A DNA stretch of 32,000 nt from Coprobacillaceae bacterium (lineage in GTDB: Bacteria; Bacillota_I; Bacilli_A; Erysipelotrichales; Coprobacillaceae), in contig OY780959.1 of NCBI GenBank assembly GCA_963675915.1, forward strand, positions 30,001 through 62,000, read 5' to 3'. The notes under the pieces were generated by a model that was not told where the DNA came from, ran no database searches, and saw only the letters and a list, made by a program, of their open reading frames with translations. Position numbers and translations under genes: made by a program. This document shows, in pieces, positions 1-8,022 of the stretch. How positions within the stretch are numbered: the first letter of the stretch is position 1; each line of letters starts with the position of its first letter.

Positions 1-93
1 TATTACACAGTGATTTGCATTGGCAAGAGGTCTGGCTTTAAATTAGGTCGGACCCTCTTGTTTGATGCAAGCTTGGAACAGTTGTCGGATATG

Positions 94-122
94 AAAAAAC
101 GTCCTTGCGGGGACGTTTTTTT
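94..122. terminator. Bidirectional rho-independent terminator downstream of the minus-strand glycosylase gene
   Basis: Stem ACGTCC (99-104) pairs with GGACGT (111-116). It is flanked by an A-run (94-98) and a T-run (117-122), 9 nt beyond the stop at 131. Confidence 0.7.
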
Positions 123-130
123 GGTTCATA

Positions 131-760
131 TTATTTTTTGTTTTTTGGTTGAGGATCGGTTACGCCCTCAAGAGCACCATTGGCGATTGCTGTAAGATAT
201 AAGGCTGCAACCTGACCATGAGGTTGGTAGCGTTTGCTATAACGTTCGAACTTGGCATCATCGATAGCACGGTGACGGTACAACATTCTCATACCTTTTA
301 AGATCAGCTCGTTATCCTGAGAGATTTCAGGGACGGCACCACTGTTTTCACTTTTGAAAACTTCGATTCCTTTTTCGCTCATTCCTGGAATTTTTTCCAG
401 TTCCTGATCCAACTCGATGCCGCTAAGGGCTGCGATGTTTTCAAGATTGATGTGGCGACGGTAAACTCTTGTGGCCAGATCTTTGATGTAGAGTGCCTGA
501 GCATAAGTCATTCCGTAGTTTTGAAGTTTCTTCTCTTTGGATTTAACAAGATTACGAGGCGATAAATCTTTTAAATCTGCTTCGATGTTAGCGTAAATTT
601 CCTCATAATTGTCAGCTGAAGCCAGGATGGCTTTGACAATTGTTTGGAAAGGATTAGTGTCTGATACATCGATGAAACCGATTTTTTGAATCGCTTCTTT
701 GAATTTTTTATCTTTTTTTGACAAGTAGTCGATTTCTTCTTGCGTATAAGTAAAGCTCAT
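131..760 (-). CDS. HhH-GPD family DNA glycosylase, AlkA / 3-methyladenine glycosylase II-like
   Basis: 209-aa ORF with AGGAGG 7 nt upstream of the ATG. It has a helix-hairpin-helix-like segment (LEKIPGMSEKGIEVF) followed by an Asp-containing segment (ISQDNELILKGMRMLY), as in AlkA-type glycosylases. Family assignment is from memory. Confidence 0.6.
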   Translation of the reverse strand: MSFTYTQEEIDYLSKKDKKFKEAIQKIGFIDVSDTNPFQTIVKAILASADNYEEIYANIEADLKDLSPRNLVKSKEKKLQNYGMTYAQALYIKDLATRVYRRHINLENIAALSGIELDQELEKIPGMSEKGIEVFKSENSGAVPEISQDNELILKGMRMLYRHRAIDDAKFERYSKRYQPHGQVAALYLTAIANGALEGVTDPQPKNKK

Positions 761-902
761 TATTAATACCTCCTATAATGACAACTTGACTATCATAACA
801 TAATTATATTGGAAATACCAGTCATTATTAAAAGGGAGTAATTCGCCAAATCAAATAGATACTGTGAAAATAGACACAATATAAAGTTTTTTGGGCCATA
901 TG

Positions 903-931
903 TTGTATTTTGGGACATTCGGTAGTATAAT
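903..931 (+). promoter_or_regulatory. Candidate sigma-A promoter for the 187-aa ORF
   Basis: TTGTAT (903-908), 17-nt spacer, TATAAT (926-931). Confidence 0.3.
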
Positions 932-952
932 TAATTTAGAAACGGAGGCGAT

Positions 953-1516
953 ATGATGCTAGATAATAAAACTATCGTCGTGTATGGATTACCTTCTAAT
1001 GAAGTCAATTTGATTCAAAGAGCCAGTCTGGATTTCAAAGTTGATCTTATAACCTTGAAAACCTTCAATGAACTTTATGATAATGACTACTTCCTGGCAG
1101 TTTTGAACATCAATGAGTTAAGTGGTGAAGAACTTGACGGATTCACAGATTATTTAGAAAACATTGATCCAAACTTAACGACAAAAGTTGTTCTGGATGC
1201 TGAAAAAAGAAATTTGAGTGACTATAATAATTATATTTCTTTTACCAGTTTTCAAGGCATTGAAAATGAATTGAGCGTTTTAGTGAAAAAGGCGGTCCAG
1301 AAAGCCAAACGAGAGTTGAACAGTGCCAACAACAGTTTGAAACTTCTTACAATTTATAATTACCTGCAAAAAAACAGCGGAAGCGCCAAGGAAATCGCCG
1401 CGGCAACCAAGTTGGAGTTCAAGGAAGTGAAAAGATACCTGGGTGTGATCCAAATTATTTGCAAGGATATTCAATTTGACAAAGATAATAATAGCTATTT
1501 TAAAAAGGGAAATTAA
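953..1516 (+). CDS. Hypothetical protein: N-terminal receiver-like fold lacking the acidic pocket, C-terminal winged-helix-like segment
   Basis: 187-aa ORF with GGAGG at 944-948. The second ATG at 956 has the better 7-nt spacing. It has its own promoter-like element and terminator. I recognise no family. Confidence 0.6.
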   Translation: MMLDNKTIVVYGLPSNEVNLIQRASLDFKVDLITLKTFNELYDNDYFLAVLNINELSGEELDGFTDYLENIDPNLTTKVVLDAEKRNLSDYNNYISFTSFQGIENELSVLVKKAVQKAKRELNSANNSLKLLTIYNYLQKNSGSAKEIAAATKLEFKEVKRYLGVIQIICKDIQFDKDNNSYFKKGN

Positions 1517-1530
1517 TATTTCCTTTTTTT
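1502..1530. terminator. Rho-independent terminator after the 187-aa ORF
   Basis: AAAAAGGGAAAT-TAAT-ATTTCCTTTTTTT. The stop codon lies in the loop, with A/T runs on both sides. Confidence 0.6.
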
Positions 1531-1546
1531 ATCGGAATTTTTCGGG

Positions 1547-1575
1547 TTGACATGATATCTCATTTTAGCTATTAT
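1547..1575 (+). promoter_or_regulatory. Candidate sigma-A promoter of prfC
   Basis: TTGACA (1547-1552), 17-nt spacer, TATTAT (1570-1575). Confidence 0.45.
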
Positions 1576-1599
1576 TAGGAATACTGGAGGAAATGTGAA

Positions 1600-3186
1600 A
1601 TGAGCGATTTTATTAATGAAATTAACCGTCGTCGTACCTTTGCGATAATATCCCATCCCGATGCAGGGAAGACGACATTGACAGAAAAATTCTTATTGTA
1701 CGGGGGAGCGATTCAGCTGGCCGGGACAGTAAAAGGGAAAAAGAATTCCCGTCATGCGACTAGTGACTGGATGGAAATCGAGAAACAAAGAGGGATCTCG
1801 GTTACCTCATCGGTATTGCAGTTCGAGTACGATGGCTATTGCATCAATATCCTGGATACACCGGGCCATCAGGATTTCTCGGAAGATACTTACCGGACAT
1901 TGATGGCGGCTGATTGTGCCGTGATGGTAATCGATGCTTCAAAAGGGGTCGAAGCCCAAACTAGAAAACTTTTCAAAGTATGTACAATGAGAAATATTCC
2001 AATTATTACCTTCATTAATAAGATGGACCGTGAAGCTCAGGATCCTTATGAACTTCTAGAGGAAATTGAAGGCGAACTGGGAATCAAGACAACTCCGATC
2101 AACTGGCCGATTGGCTGCGGGAAGGAGTTTGCCGGGGTATATGAACGTGATGCCCGTGAAGTCATCCGCTTTATGAACTATACCGGAGGTAAGACCGCCG
2201 TTGATACTGAAGTGCTTGGGATTGATGATTCAAGACTTCAGGAAGTGATCGATCCGGAACTGTATGAAAAGCTGCTTGAAGATATCGAACTTCTGGATAT
2301 TGCCGGAAATGAGTTTGATCTTGAAGCAATCCATGAAGGGAAGTTGTCACCGGTTTGTTTCGGTTCGGCATTGACTAACTTCGGAATTGAGCCATTTTTG
2401 AAACACTTCCTTGGTTTGACTACACCGCCGATTCCAAGAATGGCTGAAGGGACTCTGATTGAACCTACTGACGAGAACTTCTCGGCGTTTGTTTTCAAGA
2501 TTCAGGCCAACATGAATAAAAACCACCGTGATAGAATGGCATTCTTTAGAATCTGTTCAGGTAAATTCACCAAAGGGATGGAAGTTTACCATTATCAAGG
2601 AAAACGCAAAATCAAACTGAGCCAGTCGAAATCACTGATGGCTGATGAAAGAAGCGAAGTTGAAGAGGCTTATGCCGGAGATATCATCGGGGTATTCGAT
2701 CCGGGAATTTTCTCGATTGGAGATACGATTACCACTGGTAAGAAGCGTTTCGCTTTCGAAGGGATTCCGACTTTCGCTCCGGAACATTTCCGTTTGATTC
2801 GAAACAAAGACACCATGAAAAGAAAGCAATTCGTTAAAGGTGTCGAACAGATTGCCAAAGAAGGGGCAATTCAAATTTTCACCGAGATGGGTGGCGGAAT
2901 GGAAGAGATTTTCGTCGGAGTTGTCGGAGTGCTGCAGTTTGAAGTCCTGGAACACCGTCTTAATAACGAATACAATGTGGAGATTGTAACTTCTCCACTT
3001 CCATATCAGTTTATCCGCTGGATCAACAACGATGCCGACTTGAAGAAACTCAACTTGCCATCGGATTGCAAAGCGGTTCAGGATCTTAGAGGCAATACCT
3101 TGTTGCTGTTTACATCTAGTTGGGGTGTTAACTGGGCAAGAGACAAAAATTCTGATTTGACATTGAGAGATTTTTCTAAAAACTAG
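1600..3186 (+). CDS. prfC: Peptide chain release factor 3 (GTPase)
   Basis: 528 aa. The N-terminus RRRTFAIISHPDAGKTTLTEK...SDWMEIEKQRGISVTSSVLQF...DTPGHQDF...NKMDR is nearly colinear with E. coli RF3 throughout, including FVFKIQANMNKNHRDRMAFFRI. GGAGG lies upstream. Confidence 0.97.
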   Translation: MSDFINEINRRRTFAIISHPDAGKTTLTEKFLLYGGAIQLAGTVKGKKNSRHATSDWMEIEKQRGISVTSSVLQFEYDGYCINILDTPGHQDFSEDTYRTLMAADCAVMVIDASKGVEAQTRKLFKVCTMRNIPIITFINKMDREAQDPYELLEEIEGELGIKTTPINWPIGCGKEFAGVYERDAREVIRFMNYTGGKTAVDTEVLGIDDSRLQEVIDPELYEKLLEDIELLDIAGNEFDLEAIHEGKLSPVCFGSALTNFGIEPFLKHFLGLTTPPIPRMAEGTLIEPTDENFSAFVFKIQANMNKNHRDRMAFFRICSGKFTKGMEVYHYQGKRKIKLSQSKSLMADERSEVEEAYAGDIIGVFDPGIFSIGDTITTGKKRFAFEGIPTFAPEHFRLIRNKDTMKRKQFVKGVEQIAKEGAIQIFTEMGGGMEEIFVGVVGVLQFEVLEHRLNNEYNVEIVTSPLPYQFIRWINNDADLKKLNLPSDCKAVQDLRGNTLLLFTSSWGVNWARDKNSDLTLRDFSKN

Positions 3187-3202
3187 CTTTGGCTAGTTTT
3201 TT
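3178..3202 (+). terminator. Rho-independent terminator of prfC
   Basis: CTAGC (3183-3187) pairs with GCTAG (3192-3196), extended by an A-run/T-run and followed by TTTTTT. The stop codon lies in the stem. Confidence 0.65.
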
Positions 3203-3218
3203 AATTGCCAAATTTTTA

Positions 3219-3247
3219 ATGTCAAATATTGAAAATTATGGTAAAAT
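3219..3247 (+). promoter_or_regulatory. Candidate promoter of the small-ORF / ATPase-like operon
   Basis: ATGTCA (3219-3224), 17-nt spacer, extended -10 TGgTAAAAT (3239-3247). Confidence 0.4.
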
Positions 3248-3317
3248 ATTTGGTAATGGGGGGTGACGCTTTATCGCACATGTCGGAAAAAGAATAAGTT
3301 GCCGCTGTTTTAAAAAT

Positions 3318-3506
3318 ATGGAAATGATAATAGGCAAAGAGAAACAAATCCTGTTCGAAGAAAAAAGAATTTATGATTGTGTTGTAAAGGATGATGGCAT
3401 CAACCCAGTGTTTTACAAGGTTTACGGGGATGAATATGCGTTGAGTTGCACCGAAAAGGAGTTCAACACATACTTCGTACCGTTAGATAAAAAGATAAAG
3501 GTGTAG
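3318..3506 (+). CDS. Small hypothetical protein (62 aa)
   Basis: The ORF fills the gap between the promoter-like element and the ATPase-like gene and ends 4 nt before its ATG. Amino-acid composition is protein-like, but there is no Shine-Dalgarno sequence. Confidence 0.4.
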   Translation: MEMIIGKEKQILFEEKRIYDCVVKDDGINPVFYKVYGDEYALSCTEKEFNTYFVPLDKKIKV

Positions 3507-3510
3507 GCTT

Positions 3511-5448
3511 ATGATAAGACGTTTTATAATCAAAGATATCGCAGATAATCAGACAATCAACGAACTTTCGTTGAAACTCAATCGTCTAGGCGAGGTATCT
3601 CATATAAAAATTAAAGATGACAATATCGAGTTTGACTGCATCGATACCAAAAACGTATTGGCAATTCTTGAAGAAATGGACCTGGATTTGAATATTCAGG
3701 AAATCATTGATGAGAAGGAAATCGATTATGAGCGGGAAGTTGAAGTTCGCGAATATCTGTTTTTCCTGGAAAACAGCACCAATGACGAATGTGACCAGAT
3801 TCTGGAAGTTCTTAATTCTTATTCTTCGTATGAAAACGTCTCGTTCAACCGTCAAAACAAGGTTTTGCGATTGACGACGACAGACCATTTTGTTTTAGAG
3901 CGGATCAAGCGGATTTCCGCAAAAATCAATGCGGACATCAATGTCGAGGATTATACCCGTCCATTTAGGGCGGACGATTTCTTCAATCGGATTTTCACCC
4001 GTTATTTCGTCCTGGTGTTGGCCGGAGCGCTGGCATTTGGGATTGCGATAGTGACCAGAAGAGAACCGACCATAATTACCAAGATTTCCTGGCTGGTCGT
4101 GGTTTTGGTTCTGCTTAGCTCGATGCTGGAAAATGTTCTGACTGATCTTAAACGGAGAAGGTATTTCACTGAAGACCTGCTGATGACCGTTTCGGCTTTG
4201 CTGGGATGGTTGTTCGGGTATTATTATGAGATGATGGCGGTTGTGCTGGTCTACCTCGTATCTAAACAGGGTCTGATCCAGACTGGAATGTGGGTCATGG
4301 AAGCCATCGACAAGAAGATTGAGCTAATCGAATACGGGAATATTGTCAGGGATGGCGGTGTTCAAAGGGTTCCGCTGGGATCGATTGACATCGGTGATCA
4401 AGTTCTGGTCAAAACCCGGGAAACCATCAATTTCGATTGTGAACTTGTCAGCGAACAAGGGGTGGTCAATTCATATGCGGTCGATGGGGATGACAATGAT
4501 AAAATCGTCACCAAGGGTGAAAGCATCCGCGCCGGGTGCACTAACCTTGGGGAAAATATAAAAATAAAAGTAAATCGGATTTACCAGTCTTCGGCCTTGA
4601 ATCTGGTTGCTTCAAGGGCAACAAGCTATGCCATGAATGAATCGCGGATTCTTACTTTCATGGTTCGTTTTGCCAAGGCTTATACAATTCTGTTAATCAT
4701 GATCGGGATTGGAATGATAATTGCCAGTCTGGTAATGGGAAGTTCCCGAATGGATTACATTTATATCGGAATATTGTTGATTTCAATCAGTTCCAACGCC
4801 TCATATGTTCAGGCAATCTCATTTTCTTCACTGGGAGCGGTGGCGAATTCAATCTCAAAAAACATCGTAGTCAAAAATGCCAACAGTATCTACCGTCTTT
4901 CGGCTTGTGATGTGATTATCTATGATCGGATTGACAATCAACCATTGTCGATGGATGAGTTGGATTTGTTTGAAACTTTGAGGAAAACAAAAAAGACTTT
5001 CATTGTTTTCAATGATGGGCCCCAAGACTTTTTCAACGATCAGTACCAGGTTAGAAACAATTTGTCAACTGAGGAAAAGCAAAGGATCATCGACGACTAT
5101 AACAACTACAGCACCGTTGCTTACATCGGCGATTCCACCAAGGATATTTCACTGCTGCAAATGGCAGATGTGGGAATCTCCCGCGGTGGGGTTTTGGCCA
5201 AACGGGTGATTCGAAACAGTGATATCGTTCTTAAGGATTCTTCGAAAGAAACCATGTTGAATGCTTTCAAGATTTCCAACCGATACCGTCATGTTGTCTA
5301 CCAATATGTGGCAACCGGTTTGATTGGGGTTGTGGCGATATTCGTCTTGGCGGTAGCCGGCGTCTTGCCATGGACTGCTGCGGTAATCATCGATGTTCTT
5401 ATCAATGTTATTGTTACAATATTAAATAGAAGGATCATTAACCTTTAA
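3511..5448 (+). CDS. P1B-type (heavy-metal) P-type ATPase homologue with degenerate catalytic motifs; probable pseudo-enzyme
   Basis: 645 aa with SD AAGGTG 7 nt upstream. Domain order and 8 hydrophobic helices match CopA/CadA-type pumps. The motifs read TKGES (for TGES), SISSNAS (for CPC), YDRIDN (for DKTGT) and GDSTKD (for GDGxND). Neither N-terminal HMA-like domain has a CxxC. Confidence 0.8.
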   Translation: MIRRFIIKDIADNQTINELSLKLNRLGEVSHIKIKDDNIEFDCIDTKNVLAILEEMDLDLNIQEIIDEKEIDYEREVEVREYLFFLENSTNDECDQILEVLNSYSSYENVSFNRQNKVLRLTTTDHFVLERIKRISAKINADINVEDYTRPFRADDFFNRIFTRYFVLVLAGALAFGIAIVTRREPTIITKISWLVVVLVLLSSMLENVLTDLKRRRYFTEDLLMTVSALLGWLFGYYYEMMAVVLVYLVSKQGLIQTGMWVMEAIDKKIELIEYGNIVRDGGVQRVPLGSIDIGDQVLVKTRETINFDCELVSEQGVVNSYAVDGDDNDKIVTKGESIRAGCTNLGENIKIKVNRIYQSSALNLVASRATSYAMNESRILTFMVRFAKAYTILLIMIGIGMIIASLVMGSSRMDYIYIGILLISISSNASYVQAISFSSLGAVANSISKNIVVKNANSIYRLSACDVIIYDRIDNQPLSMDELDLFETLRKTKKTFIVFNDGPQDFFNDQYQVRNNLSTEEKQRIIDDYNNYSTVAYIGDSTKDISLLQMADVGISRGGVLAKRVIRNSDIVLKDSSKETMLNAFKISNRYRHVVYQYVATGLIGVVAIFVLAVAGVLPWTAAVIIDVLINVIVTILNRRIINL

Positions 5449-6282
5449 ATGAAAAAATACACTGTAAAAAAAGAAAATATTGCTTTGCAGGATTTCCTGC
5501 TGGACCATCTGTCAAAGAAGAATGTCAAAAAACATCTTAAATTCAAGGAGGTTCAGGTCAATGGCAGCAATGATGTCCGCCACGACACCCTTCTTCATAA
5601 CGGTGACGAGATAGTCATCGGTTCAAGTACGAACAAGTTCAATCTGGATATTATTTATGAGGATGATGAATTTGTAGTGATCAACAAGCAATCCGGGCTG
5701 CTTTCGGTAGCCGGAGGCGGTCAAAAAGAAAAAACTGCCTATCACCAAGTAAGCCAGTATCTAAAAGATAAGGATAGCCGCGCAAGGGTATTCGTATTGC
5801 ATCGGCTTGACCGGGATACTTCAGGGGTCTTGATGTTTGCCAAAAATGAAAAAATCAAGAACATGATGCAAGACAGCTGGAATGATATTGTGACCCATCG
5901 TGGTTATTACGCACTCTGTGAGGGTACTTTGAAAAAAGAAAAAGGCCAGATTGTCAACTACCTCAAGGAATCGAAAACCCAGCATGTCTATATTGCCAAA
6001 GATGGCAAAAAGGCGATTACCGACTACCGGGTAATCAAAAAGAACAATCGCAACACCTTGGTGGAAGTGTTTTTGCAGACCGGTCGTAAAAATCAGATCA
6101 GGGTCACGTTGGAGTCTTTGAACTGTCCGATTGTCGGCGACAAGAAGTATGGCAGTGTCACTAATCCAATCAGAAGATTGGGGCTTCATGCATTTTGCTT
6201 TGGCTTCGTTCATCCCGTCACCAAGAAGAAATATTATTTTGAAACTGAAATGCCAGTCGAATTCAACAGTCTGTTCAAGTAA
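5449..6282 (+). CDS. RluA-family pseudouridine synthase with N-terminal S4-like domain
   Basis: 277 aa with the catalytic motif HRLDRDTSGVLMFAKN and later GRKNQIRV. The ATG directly abuts the upstream TAA, suggesting translational coupling. Confidence 0.9.
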   Translation: MKKYTVKKENIALQDFLLDHLSKKNVKKHLKFKEVQVNGSNDVRHDTLLHNGDEIVIGSSTNKFNLDIIYEDDEFVVINKQSGLLSVAGGGQKEKTAYHQVSQYLKDKDSRARVFVLHRLDRDTSGVLMFAKNEKIKNMMQDSWNDIVTHRGYYALCEGTLKKEKGQIVNYLKESKTQHVYIAKDGKKAITDYRVIKKNNRNTLVEVFLQTGRKNQIRVTLESLNCPIVGDKKYGSVTNPIRRLGLHAFCFGFVHPVTKKKYYFETEMPVEFNSLFK

Positions 6283-6294
6283 GGAGGCGTTTTG

Positions 6295-7020
6295 ATGGAT
6301 TTGATATATTTTTCACCTACATACACTTCGAAGAGGGTGGCTCAGGCCTTTGCCGGAGAATTTGAAACTGTTCATGAGCATGATATCACGCAGGACAAGT
6401 TGGAGCGCTCTTTTGGAAGCGGCGATCTTGTCATGGTTTCAGTTCCGGTTTATTCGGGGCGGATTCCCCAACTGGTCTATGACCGTCTTGAAAACCTTGG
6501 CGGCGATCATACCAAGTGCGTGATTAACGTCACTTATGGAAACCGCGACTATGATGATGCGCTCTTGGAATTGAGTGATTTGGTCAAATCAAAAGGTTTT
6601 GATGTGGTTGGAGCCATGGCTACCATTGGTGAACATACATACGGTGATATCCAGAAAGGGCGTCCTAATCAACAGGATTTTGATGAAATCCGGAAATATG
6701 CGCGCAGCTTCAAACAAAGGGATGCGGTTGCCATTGAGGTTCCCGGAAACCGTCCATACAAAGAACTGAAAAAAGGCGGTAACAAGTTCGTACCGTCCCA
6801 AAATGAAAATTGTGTCGGATGCAACTGGTGCATCGCCAATTGTCCAACCGGAGCAATCAACCCGGATATGACTGTCGACGAGGATAAATGCATGGCTTGC
6901 TTTAGATGTGTCAAATTCTGTCCAGTCAAGGGAATAAGTGTCAACAGCATGAAATACAGCGAATTCGCAAAAATGTTTTCCGAAAAACTTAAAGAACGCA
7001 AGGAAAACCGTTTTTTCTAG
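6295..7020 (+). CDS. Flavodoxin-like domain fused to a 2x[4Fe-4S] ferredoxin domain (EFR1-like)
   Basis: Two CxxCxxCxxxCP motifs (CVGCNWCIANCP, CMACFRCVKFCP) follow an N-terminal flavodoxin-like region. AAGGAGG at 6281-6287 sits 7 nt before ATG 6295, so the TTG at 6292 is less likely. Confidence 0.8.
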   Translation: MDLIYFSPTYTSKRVAQAFAGEFETVHEHDITQDKLERSFGSGDLVMVSVPVYSGRIPQLVYDRLENLGGDHTKCVINVTYGNRDYDDALLELSDLVKSKGFDVVGAMATIGEHTYGDIQKGRPNQQDFDEIRKYARSFKQRDAVAIEVPGNRPYKELKKGGNKFVPSQNENCVGCNWCIANCPTGAINPDMTVDEDKCMACFRCVKFCPVKGISVNSMKYSEFAKMFSEKLKERKENRFF

Positions 7021-7056
7021 CTGGTTTGAATTAATTTAATTATTTTCAAAAAATGT

Positions 7057-7085
7057 TTGACAACATCAAATATACTTGTTATACT
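7057..7085 (+). promoter_or_regulatory. Sigma-A promoter of the infC-rpmI-rplT operon
   Basis: Consensus TTGACA (7057-7062), exactly 17 nt, then TGtTATACT extended -10 (7077-7085). Confidence 0.65.
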
Positions 7086-7091
7086 GAGAAG

Positions 7092-7254
7092 GTAAATGAA
7101 AAGTAGTGGAAAGAAGAAGTGCCTGCTTCTCGCCTGAGTGACTGATATCGCTGGGCAAATGTCGCTAAGAATTTTTTATCTGAATTCTAGAACATTAAAG
7201 TGGGTACATGTCTGTACTCGCTTTTTATTTTATACTACTATGGAGGTGACTTTT
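7092..7254 (+). promoter_or_regulatory. About 160-nt leader; candidate ribosomal protein L20 leader (transcription attenuation)
   Basis: A long untranslated leader lies between a near-consensus promoter and infC and ends in an intrinsic terminator. This is the arrangement known for the Bacillus L20 leader. The structure was not modelled. Confidence 0.45.
7197..7231 (+). terminator. Leader attenuator hairpin upstream of infC
   Basis: AAAGTGGGTACA-TGTC-TGTACTCGCTTT forms a stem of about 10-12 bp including G-U pairs. It is followed by TTTTTATTTTAT, 24 nt before the infC start. Confidence 0.5.
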
Positions 7255-7794
7255 ATTAGAAGATATGATACCAGAAAACCAAAGCAACCCGATGAATTAG
7301 TAAACGAGAAGATTCGTTTCAGAGAGGTTTTGGTTATTGATCAAAATGGTGATCAACTTGGAGTTAAATCAAAAAGAGAGGCTATAGATTTAGCTTACGA
7401 GAAAGATTTAGACTTAGTTTGTGTAGCCCCGAATGCGAAACCGCCAGTGTGTCGTATTATGGATTTTGGAAAATATCGTTTTGAACAACAGAAAAAAGCT
7501 CGAGAAATGAAGAAAAACTCGAAGACTGTTACCCTTAAAGAGACACAGTTGTCGGTGACAATCGATGTTCATGACAAAAATGTCAAACTTAAAAGAACAT
7601 TGAAATGGCTTGAAGAAGGTAACAAAGTCAAAGTTGCGATTAGGTTCAGAGGTCGTCAGATGGCTCATAAAGAGTTAGGAAAAAAAGTCATCGATGATTT
7701 TGTCGCTGAATGTTCTGAAGTTGGTACGCTGGAATCACCAGCCAAACTTGAAGGTAGAACAATGACAGCAATCATCGCGCCAAAGAAAAAATAA
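7255..7794 (+). CDS. infC: Translation initiation factor IF-3, probable AUU start
   Basis: Conserved IF-3 sequence (INEKIRFREVLVIDQNGDQLG...VCRIMDFGKYRFEQQKK...). GGAGGTG at 7242-7248 sits 6 nt before the in-frame ATT at 7255. The upstream ATG at 7240 overlaps the SD, and the 7138 extension runs through the leader terminator. Confidence 0.85.
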   Translation: MRRYDTRKPKQPDELVNEKIRFREVLVIDQNGDQLGVKSKREAIDLAYEKDLDLVCVAPNAKPPVCRIMDFGKYRFEQQKKAREMKKNSKTVTLKETQLSVTIDVHDKNVKLKRTLKWLEEGNKVKVAIRFRGRQMAHKELGKKVIDDFVAECSEVGTLESPAKLEGRTMTAIIAPKKK

Positions 7795-7812
7795 TTTTAG
7801 GAGGATATAGTT

Positions 7813-8007
7813 ATGCCAAAAATGAAATCACACAGCGGATTAAAAAAACGTGTTAAAGTTACTGGATCAGGGAAATTAAAAAGATCAAAAGCTTATACAT
7901 CACACTTAGCTCACAATAAAACTCATAAACAAAAGAAACATCTTGCTAAAGCAGGATTAGTAAGCAAATCTGATTATAAGAGAATTAAATCTAGAATTTC
8001 AAAATAA
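7813..8007 (+). CDS. rpmI: 50S ribosomal protein L35
   Basis: 64 aa starting [21 protein letters not shown], a typical L35. AGGAGG lies upstream. Confidence 0.97.
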   Translation: MPKMKSHSGLKKRVKVTGSGKLKRSKAYTSHLAHNKTHKQKKHLAKAGLVSKSDYKRIKSRISK

Positions 8008-8022
8008 TAGGAGGAAACTTAA

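Noticed and set aside
10-195. 61-aa plus-strand ORF at the left edge
   Set aside because: It runs straight through the bidirectional terminator hairpin (94-122) and overlaps the 3' end of the glycosylase gene, and it has no SD. A different frame ends at 37-39 and might be the tail of an upstream gene, but 12 codons are too few to call.
3250-3317. Possible riboswitch in the leader before the small ORF / ATPase-like operon
   Set aside because: The leader is only about 65 nt, with one small bulged hairpin (GTGaCG/CGCAC). That is too short, and it lacks any motif I recognise.
7138-7254. N-terminal extension of infC in the ORF track
   Set aside because: The extension covers the leader and its terminator hairpin and has no SD. 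The conserved IF-3 sequence begins only after the ATT at 7255, which is preceded by GGAGGTG.
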